Positions 1 through 11,932 of a DNA stretch of 64,000 nt are shown here, piece by piece. The stretch is taken from NCBI GenBank assembly GCA_040954595.2, contig CM082585.2, positions 3,750,902 through 3,814,901 on the forward strand, given 5' to 3'. Made by a program: the position numbers and the translations under genes. Within the stretch, counting starts at the first letter, position 1. Every line of letters begins with the position of its first letter. Below the pieces are notes generated by a model. That model searched no databases and was not told where the DNA came from. It saw only the letters and a program-made list of their open reading frames with translations. Source of the stretch: Balanoglossus misakiensis. Its lineage: Eukaryota; Animalia; Hemichordata.

Positions 1-12
1 CTGTATCCATAG

Positions 13-3000
13 ATCACAACAGCTTGTCACAACCCTGAAGCACCTGTCCAGATACAAGAGAAACAGAGAGAAAACTGCTCCTTTTTCTTGAAGACTGGTA
101 CATGCAGATTTGGTGACAGGTAAGATTCTACATGCTGTCACAGTCACACATAAACGTACTAGTCTTTTGTGACAATCTGTCGATCCCCAATTTTGTGTCT
201 ATTTTAGATGTTGCTATTTGGCTTACTGGTAGTTTTTAACTGCAATTTGACAATGTATGCCACTCAGGGCTCAAAATTAACAGTAGCCCAACTTCCCAGG
301 CTTTCCAAATTACTGACTGAGGGCTTTATTTGGTAGCCTACACTGGCTACCAAAGCTTGTACCCAGTAATTGATGTTTGATGTCAGTCACTCAGAAAAAA
401 TTGCATTTGGTACATGGCACAAATACACTTGACGTTGTCGAAAAGCCAAAAGTTGCAGCATTCACCCCCACTTCCCTCTTTAGAGGTTCAACCTTACCAT
501 AGAAGACAACGGGTTTGGACTGAACCATTTGTAGTGAAAGGGTTGATAAGCACTGTTGATGATATCATGTCTTTCTTGTTGTTCATCCAGATGTTCGCGC
601 TACCACCCTCCAACCACGATCAGCAATACTTTGATGATTCCAAACATGTTCAGTAACTTTTCCATGGAGCAGTCAATCCGAGATGAGTATGACACTGACA
701 TCAGTTTAGAATTTGATGAGAGTGAGGCCTACAAGGATTTCATCGTATTCTATGAGGACGTCTTGGAGGAATTTCGAGAAGTTGGCAAAGTCATACAGTT
801 TAAGGTAATAGGAATTACAGTACTCTGAAATTCATGTACTGTACATGTACTCATGCATATAGATAATCATTATGGTAAAGCCCCGCACAACCGGGCTAGT
901 TTGACAGATGGTTGGGTGGTTGTTTATATGTGGAAATAAATTGCACTATAGTTTCTCTAATCTTGAATTTATACTCCACTTTTATGGAGATCTAATTACT
1001 GAAAGATATGACAAAACAATGAATTTGTGTTTGCAATGTGCAACAGCAGAGTGAGACACAGCAGCTAGTGCAGAGATAAGCCTTAGCTGAAAGAGTGAAA
1101 GGGTTAATTAAAGACTCCCTAGATTTTTGTTGGCAAATATATTCTATATGGTAAAGTACAGTTGTATTTCATACTTCAATTGTCATCAAATAAGAGCACA
1201 GTACCCTTGAGGCCCCGTTTAGTCAAATGGAGGTCAGGGGTATTCTGGTATTATTGCAATTAATTCTGTTCACCTGAAACATTTCTGCAGGTATGCTGTA
1301 ATTGGGAACAACACTTGAGAGGCAATGTGTACGTGCAGTATTCCACTGAAGAAGAGTGCAGTCAAGCTGTTGCAGTTTTCAATGGCCGATTTTATGCGGG
1401 TAAACAGTTGACCTGTATGTACTGTCCAGTATTGAAGTGGAAATCTGCTATCTGTGGTGAGTACCACTTGAAGCCCGCAGTAACCGTCTCTAACATTTGG
1501 CTATGTTTCTGTATTTTTCTCCCATGTATTATCTCTGATTTCTTGTTCTTCTCTGGATAGCTTCATGAAATGTTCAATCTTTAGCTTCTCAACATAATCT
1601 CTGTGTATGAATTGCAAACAAATGAATCCAGGTCCAGACTTGAATTAAGTTTTCAACAATAACAATCCTGATTGCTACAAAATTATACCACTGTGACACA
1701 GCATGTGAAAAGGGATTTCCTTATGAAATTATCTGTTCAATACTTTGATTTTCATTGATGGTAGATACCTAAAAAGAACATGTCCTATTAATCAAATCAT
1801 GTTGTCATTATTGTAATTTTTAGTTTCTCGGGAATTATTTCAAGGTGCCAGATTTCATGCTTGTTTGATGTGCAGAAAACAAGACACTGATCCTTTCAAA
1901 TGCAAATTACTTGAAATGACATCTGTCTGTGCCAGGGGTGTTTCGGCTGTGACAGTTTTTTTTTTACTACATTATTGTTTTACTAGTCTTTCTCTGTCTT
2001 TCCTATTTCAGGTCTCTTTGCTAAGAATAAGTGTCCTAAAGGAAAACACTGCAACTTCCTGCATGTGTTTCAGAACCCCAACCGAGATTTTGCTGATGCA
2101 GACAGAGACTTCCACACTCATTCTCCTGATAGATATCATTATGGGCGACACTGGTCCCAACGTGCAACTGACAGAGGTTTCAATGAAAGGAGGCATAGAA
2201 GACACAGAAGTAGAGAAAGGGATGATTACTACAGAAGTAGAAGAAATAGTGCAGAGAGAGACACACACCGACATGGCAGGAAAGGAAAATTGAAGAGAGA
2301 CAGGGATAAAGACTCTTACAGAAGCCGCAGTCGGTCTGCAGAAAGACAGCACATTGGAAGGAACAAGCAGAGAGAGAGTGAGAGAGATAGAAGTGGACGC
2401 AGAGAGAGGAGGAGGAGGACACACCGCAGCAGAGAGGACAGAGGTTACAGTAGAGAGGGAGATGGTGATAGGGAGAAGAGAAGTCGCAGCAGAGAAAGGG
2501 GCAGAGACAGGGGCAGAAGTCGCAGCAGAGAGGACAGTAGAGAGAGAGACGGAAACAGAGGGAACAGAAATCGCAGCAGAGAAAAAGACAGAAGTTGCAG
2601 TAGAGATCAGAGCAGAAGTCGCAGCAGAGAAAGGGATAGAAGTCGCAGCAGAGAAAGGGATAGAAGTCGCAGCAGAGACAGGAGAAGTCGCAGCAGAGAA
2701 AGGGATAGAAGTCGCAGCAGAGACAGGAGAAGTCGCAGCAGAGAAAGGGATAAAAGTCGCAGCAGAGATGGCAGCAGAAGTCGCAGCAGAGAGAGAAGTC
2801 ACAGCAGAGAAAGAGTTAGTAATATGGACATCGACAAAAACAGAACTGCTCTGAAAGACAGCAGTAAAAAAGACGTTCATAGTGACGAACATGATGACAG
2901 TGAATACAAACACAATTCACGCAGTCACAGCCGATCCAAGAGTAAAGACAGATGTGACAGTTCAGTTAGGGATGATAATCATGATGATGATATATATGTT

Positions 3001-3114
3001 AACAGGGAAGACAAAAGTAGTCACAGTAAACGAAGAAGTAAACACAAGAAAAAACGTAAACACAGACACCAACACAAACAAGAGAAAAAAAATATTGGTA
3101 CACAGTTAATGTAA
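13..3114 (+). CDS. ZRSR2: U2AF35-related splicing factor ZRSR2, 5'-partial; coding exons 13-119, 591-804, 1291-1456, 2012-3114
   Basis: GT-AG exons join in frame: CCCH finger [26 protein letters not shown] ([36 protein letters not shown]...[11 protein letters not shown]), second finger [21 protein letters not shown], long RS tail, stop at 3112-3114. Upstream exons lie outside the window. Confidence 0.93.
2479..2810 (+). repeat. Coding tandem repeat (21-24 bp, core AGAAGTCGCAGCAGAGA) encoding RSRSRE/RD units of the ZRSR2 tail
   Basis: Repeated agaagtcgcagcagaga with short variable linkers, in frame with the RS domain. Confidence 0.85.
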
Positions 3115-3843
3115 TCATTGAATCTATGACACTGTGTGCTACGTGTAAGAACATTGCTTCAATGCAGTTCTGAAGGATTCATTATGTGCCAATCACTCAA
3201 TGTTAAAAAAAATCGAAAACTTCTGTTACTTGCAAAATGTGTTATTACTATATTGTTTCTTACACATGTTTGGCCATATTCTGATATGAATGTATGTATT
3301 GTTGAAAATGCTCAAAGATCTTTCAAGATTAAGCAGCTGAAAGACACTATTAAAATTAGACAATATTACTGCATATTTTGTTGTGGTGACTGATACAGTC
3401 CATGTTTTGTACTATGAAAGGGATGGTCCAGGACATGTTTTTACCCCCTGGGTTATACCATTATTATAAGGGGCTGAGGTGGTTATGAGGTTGAGCATGA
3501 ATGTGAATGAATGACGAGAGTGGGCTTAATATTGGCTACATGCAATGCCATGCACAACTGTCAGAGTGGTTTTTAAGTGGTCACCAAATCATGCTGTCTT
3601 TTGAGAAGTAGCCAAAAGCCAATGTTCTTTAAACCATCGTAGAAACGAAAATAATAGTTTATGAGACTTCCCAATGTCATCATTTTCACACCCACACTCA
3701 TTCTCCCACAGCCCCTTAAAATAATGGTATTGCCCATGCCATGGGGTAAGGAGGTGTCTATAACTTGTGCAGAATAGTAAACATTAAAGCTACCGTCTGG
3801 TAGCCGTATAAAGGTGACCAGCTGTGTTGCTACAGTGTCCAAT

Positions 3844-4689
3844 TTATATCAATTTAAACCACTTGTTCCGTGAATTTACTTGTGTGAAACCTATTTTAGT
3901 ATGCATGGCCACAGATACTCTATTGGATTTGATTATCTTTATGAAAGGGGTCTCATCGCGTTCCAGCAGAGTTTTGGCTAACTTTGCGGTCAGAATACTG
4001 GCAAAGCCTTGACGCTGGTAAGGAGGTGCTGTATACGTGTTGCCAATATCTCCCCATTCTTTGGCAGTCACCCAGGCAACGGGTACCATTTTCTCATTGT
4101 ATATAGCAAGTGTGTCTTGATACTTAATGGTGTTTTCAAAAGACTCGACAGCATGCGGGGTCCCATAGGTGTTCTTCCATGCATCGTGTAGGAGCTGAGC
4201 GTGTTGAACTTCCAGTGGTAGTACCTTCAAGTTGGAAGGGATTTCTTTGCTTGCTGTTTCGTCCAACAGGTCGATGTTCTCTGCAATATATGTGTAAGCC
4301 GATCCAATTGCATGTGTGTCCAATCCCATCTCACTGGTGAATTCAGCAATGACATCGATGGCTAGATTCTCACAGTTAATTGAAATCTTGTCTTGTTTAC
4401 GAATATTCATAACGCCAGGCATTCTAATCAGACGGCTTAGTTTCTGTGCATCTGTTGTATAGCAAATGTACCATCTTTCGGTGCGTTGCGTTGTCAGATA
4501 CCAGATTGCAACCACACACGTCACTTGCTCCATATCCTCACTCTCTACATAGACCTCAAGATTTGGCCACGTGTTGTTGGTTCTGTAACTGTTCTTGAGC
4601 AGATAAAACATCTGCAAAGAGCATGGGATCCATTTCCTCAATATCTCCACCAATACCGGCATGTCAGACATGGTCACCTTGAACGCCAT
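3844..4689 (-). CDS. Glycine N-acyltransferase-like GNAT protein, single coding exon
   Basis: ATG at 4689 (MAFKVTMSD...). N-terminal LRKWIPCSLQMFYLL..WP segment and C-terminal PVAWV...GDIGNTYTAPPYQRQGFASIL (acetyl-CoA-binding Q/RxxGxA motif) resemble GLYAT/FR47-type proteins. Confidence 0.78.
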   Translation of the reverse strand: MAFKVTMSDMPVLVEILRKWIPCSLQMFYLLKNSYRTNNTWPNLEVYVESEDMEQVTCVVAIWYLTTQRTERWYICYTTDAQKLSRLIRMPGVMNIRKQDKISINCENLAIDVIAEFTSEMGLDTHAIGSAYTYIAENIDLLDETASKEIPSNLKVLPLEVQHAQLLHDAWKNTYGTPHAVESFENTIKYQDTLAIYNEKMVPVAWVTAKEWGDIGNTYTAPPYQRQGFASILTAKLAKTLLERDETPFIKIIKSNRVSVAMHTKIGFTQVNSRNKWFKLI

Positions 4690-4785
4690 CTTACTGTACG
4701 GATTGATAAAAACAAAATATGACAAAATTAATTATGATCTTATTTGCTGCCCATATTAAATGTTTTTATTGGTTTTACTTTTTAG

Positions 4786-5199
4786 TAGCCCGGAGACCAG
4801 AGCGTCGAAAAGAGACGCCTGGTGACAGTCTCTATTTACGCACCGAATTCTGTGTGCAGAACGACACGGGTGGTAAATCTTGCGTGTAAGCTAATTGGTC
4901 ACTCAATGTAAACCAAATGACATCATCGCATTCTAAATAAGGAAATAGAGGTGTGAAATTCCCGCGACAGGATGTGGGATCCGGAGTGGTTTTGAAGGTG
5001 TATGAATATTCATAACCAAGCTTTGTTAATTATATCATCCAACCACTGGCGCCTGTCAACATTTGATAGATCACTCGTTATCCATTCGTTACTAAGCGAC
5101 CCTGATCGTTGCCAGGGCTGCTATCTTTCAGCTCAGCAGGACATTGCTCGACTGTCCCCGGGCGTTGTATTCTAGATCGACGCCCTGGTCTCCGGGCTA
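4786..5199. mobile_element. Non-autonomous TIR element with TAG...CTA ends (Academ/AcademH-like MITE)
   Basis: 23-bp TIR tagcccggagaccagagcgtcga / tcgacgccctggtctccgggcta (1 mismatch). Flanks tactttttag and tacttttag form a near-perfect ~9-bp TSD. Confidence 0.7.
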
Positions 5200-5361
5200 T
5201 ACTTTTAGCAGATTTTGCTCGCAAGCGTGCTCTATGTTTTTGTCAGGACGGTTTGTCTTTTCCGTAGGTTCATAAATGGCAAGCCATTCATTCCACCCAT
5301 CGCCTCGTTTATTTACGGAATTCCGTCGTGATGCGTAGAACACGGGGGCCTGAGCGCATAG

Positions 5362-5551
5362 AGGCCGCCGCACATGGAGAAATTAGCTGAGCAAAAAGTC
5401 ATTCGAGGTAATTTTCCTCGCGAGGAAAAATATCGAACATATCGCGGCACAAAAGTAAAAATATCAGGAAAAATCGCCCGGGCGAGAAATTGCTGAGAAA
5501 AATTCCTCGAATGACTTTTTGCCGAGCTAATTTCTCCATGTGTGGCGGCCT
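5362..5551. mobile_element. Palindromic MITE (PIF/Harbinger-like) inserted in a satellite unit
   Basis: Long inverted arms aggccgccgcacatggagaaattagct... / ...agctaatttctccatgtgtggcggcct; interrupts the unit at its TAA (flanks tag / taa). Confidence 0.75.
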
Positions 5552-5727
5552 TAAGAAAGTTTTCCGCTAGCTTCTGTAGATCGACGGATTGTTCAAAAAG
5601 TCCATGGTTGCTTCCAAACATCGTCTCGTTATTTGCATATTCCGTTGTGATGCGTAGAACACACAGGTCCGAGCGAATAAGAAAGTTTTCTGCTAGACTC
5701 TGTAGATCGACTGTTTGTTCTAAAATA

Positions 5728-5888
5728 CTGTAAAACACTTTATTTTCGCGAGTTAAATTTTCGCGATATCGAGAGAGGCCACTGTTTCGCGAGTATTAAA
5801 CAATTTACGCGACTTTTTATTTTCACGCTATTTTGGTTCTCGCTTATTTGGCGAAAATTAATTGCTCGCGAAAATAAATGTTTTACAG
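5728..5888. mobile_element. TA-flanked MITE (CTGTAAAACA...TGTTTTACAG) inserted in a satellite unit
   Basis: TIRs with TA TSD; removing the element restores the unit junction ttctaaaa-ta-tccatgg exactly. Confidence 0.85.
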
Positions 5889-8227
5889 TATCCATGGTTG
5901 CTTCCAAACATCGTCTCGTTATTTGCATATTCTGTTGGGATGCGTAGAACACACAGGTCCGAGCGAACGAAAGTTTTCCGGTAGACTCTGTAGATCGACT
6001 GTTAGTTCTAAAATATCCATGGTTGCTTCCAAACACCGTCTCGTTATTTGCATATTCCGTTGTGATGCGTAGAACACACAGGTACGAGCGAATAAGAAAG
6101 TTTTCCCGTAGACTCTGTAGATCGACCGTTAGTTCTAAAATATCCATGGTTGCTTCCAAACACCGTCTCGTTATTTGCATATTCCGTTGTGATGCGTAGA
6201 ACACACAGGTACGAGCGAATAAGAAAGTTTTCCCGTAGACTCTGTAGATCGACGGTTAGTTCTAAAATATCCATGGTTGCTTCCAAACACCGTCTCGTTA
6301 TTTGCATATTCCGTTGTGATGCGTAGAACACACAGGTACGAGCGAATAAGAAAGTTTTCCGGTAGACTCTGTAGATCGACTGTTAGTTCTAAAATATCCA
6401 TGGTTGCTTCCGAACACCGTCTCGTTATTTGCATATTCCGTTGTGATGCGTAGAACACACAGGTACGAGCGAATAAGAAAGTTTTCCCGTAGACTCTGTA
6501 GATCGACTGTTTGTTCTAAAATATCCATGGTTGCTTCCAAACACCGTCTCGTTATTTGCATATTCCGTTGTGATGCGTAGAACACACAGGTAGAGCGAAT
6601 AAGAAAGTTTTCCCGTAGACTCTGTAGATCGACTGTTAGTTCTAAAATATCCATGGTTGCTTCCAAACACCGTCTCGTTATTTGCATATTCCGTTGTGAT
6701 GCGTAGAACACACAGGTACGAGCGAATAAGAAAGTTTTCCGTTTGTAGACTCTGTAGATCGACTGTTTGTTCTAAAATATCCATGGTTGCTTCCAAACAT
6801 CCTCTTGTTATTTGCATATTCCGTTGTGATGCGTAGAACACACAGGTCCGAGCGAATAAGAAAGTTTTCCGGTAGACTCTGTAGATCGACTGTTAGTTCT
6901 AAAATATCCATGGTTGCTTCCAAACATTGTCTCGCTATTTGCATATTCCGTTGTGATGCGTAGAACACACAGGTCCGAGCGAATAAGAAAGTTTTCCGTT
7001 TGTAGACTCTGTAGATCGACTGTTTGTTCTAAAATATCCATGGTTGCTTCCAAACATTGTCTCGCTATTTGCATATTCCGTTGTGATGCGTAGAACACAC
7101 AGGTCCGAGCGAATAAGAAAGTTTTCCGTTTGTAGACTCTGTAGATCGACTGTTTGTTCTAAAATATCCATGGTTGCTTCCAAACATTGTCTCGCTATTT
7201 GCATATTCCGTTGTGATGCGTAGAACACACAGGTCCGAGCGAATAAGAAAGTTTTCCGTTTGTAGACTCTGTAGATCGACTGTTTGTTCTAAAATATCCA
7301 TGGTTGCTTCCAAACATCCTCTTGTTATTTGCATATTCCGTTGTGATGCGTAGAACACACAGGTCCGAGCGAATAAGAAAGTTTTCCGGTAGACTCTGTA
7401 GATCGACTGTTAGTTCTAAAATATCCATGGTTGCTTCCAAACATTGTCTCGCTTTTTGCATATTCCGTTGTGATGCGTAGAACACACAGGTCCGAGCGAA
7501 TAAGAAAGTTTTCCGTTTGTAGACTCTGTAGATCGACTGTTTGTTCTAAAATATCCATGGTTGCTTCCAAACATTGTCTCGCTATTTGCATATTCCGTTG
7601 TGATGCGTAGAACACACAGGTCCGAGCGAATAAGAAAGTTTTCCGTTTGTAGACTCTGTAGATCGACTGTTTGTTCTAAAATATCCATGGTTGCTTCCAA
7701 ACATTGTCTCGCTATTTGCATATTCCGTTGTGATGCGTAGAACACACAGGTCCGAGCGAATAAGAAAGTTTTCCGTTTGTAGACTCTGTAGATCGACTGT
7801 TTGTTCTAAAATATCCATGGTTGCTTCCAAACATCCTCTTGTTATTTGCATATTCCGTTGTGATGCGTAGAACACACAGGTCCGAGCGAATAAGAAAGTT
7901 TTCCGGTAGACTCTGTAGATCGACTGTTAGTTCTAAAATATCCATGGTTGCTTCCAAACATTGTCTCGCTTTTTGCATATTCCGTTGTGATGCGTAGAAC
8001 ACACAGGTCCGAGCGAATGAAAGTTTTCCGGTAGACTCTGTAGATCGACTGTTAGTTCTAAAATATCCATGGTTGCTTCCAAACACCGTCTCGTTATTTG
8101 CATATTCCGTTGTGATGCGTAGAACACACAGGTACGAGCGAATAAGAAAGTTTTTCGGTAGACTAGACTGTAGATCGACGGATTGTTGTATAATTTCCAC
8201 GGAGGCTTCCAAACACCGCCTCGTTCA

Positions 8228-8787
8228 GGGACAGTTCAGTTTGTACGGCCGGGGGGGGGGGGTCGGCAAGTTTGTGTCAGAGGTTTTCAAAATCAGGCCG
8301 ACCCCCCTTCACCCAGGAGCAAAAAATGTAGACCCCCCCCCCCTTTGACAGACCCAAAAATATGATGACCCCCCCCCCCACGCCGAAAACATTCGCCGTC
8401 CTGATCCTATGTACACTGTAGGCAATAAAGGGAATGAGGCTCCTCACACCTCAATTATAAATTTCTGAAAGTATTATTGAAGTCCATAATAGTATATTGT
8501 TGCAATAAAGAAATCTATGAACAAATGAAAATGACAAGTCAATACAATAGTGCTAGAATGTGTAAAACAAGAAAAGTGGCGGGGGTGGGTGTGGGAGAGG
8601 GTGTCCCCCTCCCACATAAGACAATTTTGTAAAATACGGTGCTCAAAGTTGCATTTTAATGAACTCAAAAGCAAATTAACTAAATGTTAGGGAGGACAAA
8701 TTTTTATTTTGCCACTCTACTCAAAGTAAGCATGGGGGTGGGGTGGCAAGAAGTCTGCCCTGGTACACTAGACAAACCAGCGAATAA
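8228..8787. mobile_element. Truncated left part of the Harbinger-like MITE family whose complete copy starts at 16802
   Basis: gggacagttcagtttgtacggcc...gacagacccaaaaatatgatgacc...ctgatcctatgtacactgta closely matches 16802-17355; no right TIR found. Confidence 0.8.
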
Positions 8788-9513
8788 ACTAGCTAGTATT
8801 GAATCTGTGGACCCAATCTTTTGATATTGTGTGGTTTACTGTGGGCTGCCTGTGCTGTGAAATGTTTACGCATGCACTGCAAGAAAAAGGTGTATATATT
8901 TTGAAAAATGATACCTGCCTAGCAAGCACGAAGCGCAGAAATTCTACATATAAGGGTATGGAATATGATAACCATATGCTGAATCTCATGGAACTTTCAT
9001 GGCTAACTGTGGAAACACCACCCCACCAAACAGCTGCGTTTCAAAAATGATTGCTTACGGACGTATTCTACCCGTTTACCTAGTACCATTAATAATACAA
9101 CAAACCAATTTGTGCAGCATTAGCGTGCAGTACACGCACAAGAACACATCTTGTGATAGATATATAAAATAAGGTCAATACGAATTTAGGTCAGTATGGT
9201 TCACTTTATGATCGTATCATTTGAAACCAACCTTTCTGTGGACAAACTTGTAATACACTTTATTCCCTGGTGGTTGAAACGGGATAACCAATATCAGTCG
9301 GTCTTGTCCTTGTTAGTCCAGTGTTCAGACTTTGGCCGGGCGGTTCATGTATGCATATATCAGCCAACCCAAGCTCTGGAGTTCGACCCCTTCACATAAT
9401 TTGTGTGTGCATATTTGTTTGACCCTTGAACTGGGGAAAGGACTGCAGTATCTCTTCGGGTCCGCTTGTCCGAAGTGATGTATACCAAATACAATACCCG
9501 GATCGATTCCTAA

Positions 9514-10290
9514 GGCTGCATTCACAAACACCTCTGGAGGGGGGGGGGCAGGAGAATTGAGGGGGGGGGATTTGAAAAAATTGAGGGTATGTAAGGGGGG
9601 GATTTGAAATAATTTAGGGACTGAAAGGGGGGGACTTGAAAACTTTGACGACTAAATATTTATTTTGAGTCCACAAAAATGCAGTTTCGCGCCCTTTATT
9701 TTACAAAATTTTCTAATGTGGGAGGGGGACACCCCCTCCCACACCCACCCCCTCCATTCATCAGCACCTTTCAATCATTGACTGGTTTGTCTAGTGTTCC
9801 AGGTCAGGGGATTTGCCCCCACCCCATGATAACTTTGAGCGGCGACGGTTTTGTCCTCCCCAACATACCGGTAGTTGAGTTAATTTGCTTTTGCCGGGTT
9901 CATTAAAATGCAGCTTTGAGCTCTGTGTTTTATAAAATTTTCTTACGTAGGAGGGGGACACCCCTCCCACCCCCTTCAATTCTCGGTTTACAATGTCTCC
10001 CAACACAGAATACAAATACTTAAAAATAAAAACAATGTTCAGTGAGGGGGTACATCAGTTTCAAATTCTTTTCATGGGAGCGCTGTTTTTCTTTTTTTAC
10101 AAGATAGATAGGTGATGTGTTTTGCTCTGTGAAAGAAAATGGGTGAGGGGGGATTTGAAAATTTTAGCAGTTCGGAAGGGGGGGATTTGAAAATATTTCA
10201 GGTTGTTGAGGGGGGCATGTGAAAATTAACGGTAAAAAAAATTGAATTCTCCCGTCCCCCCCCCCTCCAGAGGTTTTTGTGAATGCAGCC
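9514..10290. mobile_element. PIF/Harbinger-like MITE, complete
   Basis: TIR ggctgcattcacaaacacctctggagggg / cccctccagaggtttttgtgaatgcagcc with TAA on both sides; inverted sister copy at 55918-56722. Confidence 0.88.
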
Positions 10291-10369
10291 TAAATAGGTT
10301 ATAGGAGAGTCGAGGCCCAGTTCCTTGTTCATTGTAGCCTTTAAAGTGAAGGGGTCGTCGCGCCACATG

Positions 10370-11846
10370 TTTAGGTCCCATTTGTATAGGTATATACCAG
10401 TGGGACCTTATGGGATCGGTTGCGTCTGTATGTATGTCTGGATGTATGTCTGTCTGTCCGTCCACATCAAATCTTGAAAACCGTCGCACGTACAACCTGA
10501 TATTTGGTGTGCAGATGCATGCTGGGCTGTAGATGGGAGTTTGTTCAAACGAAGTTGTCATTGCCAAAAATATGCAAATTAGCTGGGAAAACCCTAAATT
10601 TGGTCAAATCTCAGAAACTCAACAACCCCTGGTCATATTGATTTAGAAATTGGTATGCATGTACCTTTTATGAACCTCACACAATTCTTTATGGTTTTTA
10701 GCTATTCAAAGTTTGAATATTTTTTTTATGCATTTTTTTGTCTTTTGCCACATTTTTGGTAAAAAATTTACTTTTCTGGAATTGATCAGCCGACTTCTTT
10801 GAAATTTAGTATGGAGCTTCATATAGGTGATCTTAGTACCAAAGTTTTGTTTAAATTGCTGCAAAATTTGCATATTTATAATTTCGGAGCAATTTTTGCC
10901 TTTTTGATCAACATTTTTTTCTGTAATACCGCTTGTAAGATTGCTTTGAAATTTGGTAGGCATGTTCCTTGGGGTACCCCAAGTAAGATTTGCATGTATG
11001 TTTTTTCAAATCAACTTGAAGAATTCAATAGTATATTTTTGGGGTGATTTTTGCCATTTTTGGTCAAAACTCTTTCTCGGAACGCTCTGGACCCCATTGC
11101 TTTGAAATTTGACACGAAGGTTCCTGGGTGAGTTGTCATGAGGATTTACAAAACCTATGATGAAACTGTCAATGTTTTGTGTGGGCAATATCTTGTATTT
11201 TTGGGGCATATTTTCGAAATTTGATAACAAAAAATTATGTTTCTCAGAAAGTGGCTGATTACTTTAACATTTGAGTTGTAAGTTTATGGGATTGGCTTCT
11301 TTAGAATTATAATGGAATCAAATCATAGGTATACTTCGAAACTTTTATATTTTGTAGGATATTTTCTTATACCACAAAAAATTTCATCTCAAGAAGAGCA
11401 ATTACTTGTACATTCTTTGTAATAAAAGAGGCACCCTACTGACATTTGTAAACACAGCAAAATCCTGCATGATTTAATACATAACTGGCCAACTTTTAAA
11501 GAGACCAGCTGTTCTATTCGGTGTATGTACAGTACACATGCCATTGTCAGCTTATGCCCTTTGATCTGTCTATTAGACTCTCTCACAGCCCCTCTCGTCA
11601 TCCATGCAGGCTTATGGAGTGATTGCATGTGTGCCCGACGAGAGGGGCTACACAACACCATGTGGGGCTTCTCCTTTGCTAAACAGTTGAGGGCACATCA
11701 GTGAAGACCCTTGTAGCGAACCGTAGGCTGTGAGAGAGTCTAATCTCTCTATGTGTGTGTGCATCTGTCTGTATATGTACTCCGGTACTGTGTAGGCTTT
11801 TTTCTAGCGTAATCACTAAATGGGACCACCGTGTCCTTGACGCGAT
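10370..11846 (+). mobile_element. Non-autonomous Helentron-associated (HINE/DINE-1/pearl-like) element
   Basis: 5' tttaggtcccattt...gtgggacctt inverted repeat, then a (ctgt/atgt) microsatellite and degenerate internal repeats. 3' subterminal inverted repeat aaatgggacc, short hairpin cgtgtc-ctt-gacgcg and a T run. Confidence 0.65.
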
Positions 11847-11932
11847 TTTTTTTGATAAACATACCAATTCATCCACAAATCCCTGCTGTTTACATACATA
11901 CATCATAGAGCAGTTTTAATCTGTGGTACAAA

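Larger units (their letters stand above)
5316..8222. repeat. Satellite array, about 21 units of 125-130 bp
   Basis: Unit tatccatggttgcttccaaaca...atttgcatattccgttgtgatgcgtagaacacacagg...gtagactctgtagatcgactgtt(a/t)gttctaaaa repeated head to tail; edge copies are diverged. Confidence 0.97.

Noticed and set aside
2008-2913. Antisense 301-aa and alternate-frame 166-aa ORFs
   Set aside because: By-products of the purine-rich RS repeat of ZRSR2.
5316-8222. CRISPR-like array or repeated small ORFs (MFYASQRNMQ...)
   Set aside because: Whole units repeat with no unique spacers, there are no cas genes, and the context is eukaryotic. Unit lengths of 127 and 130 shift frame, so the ORFs are artifacts.
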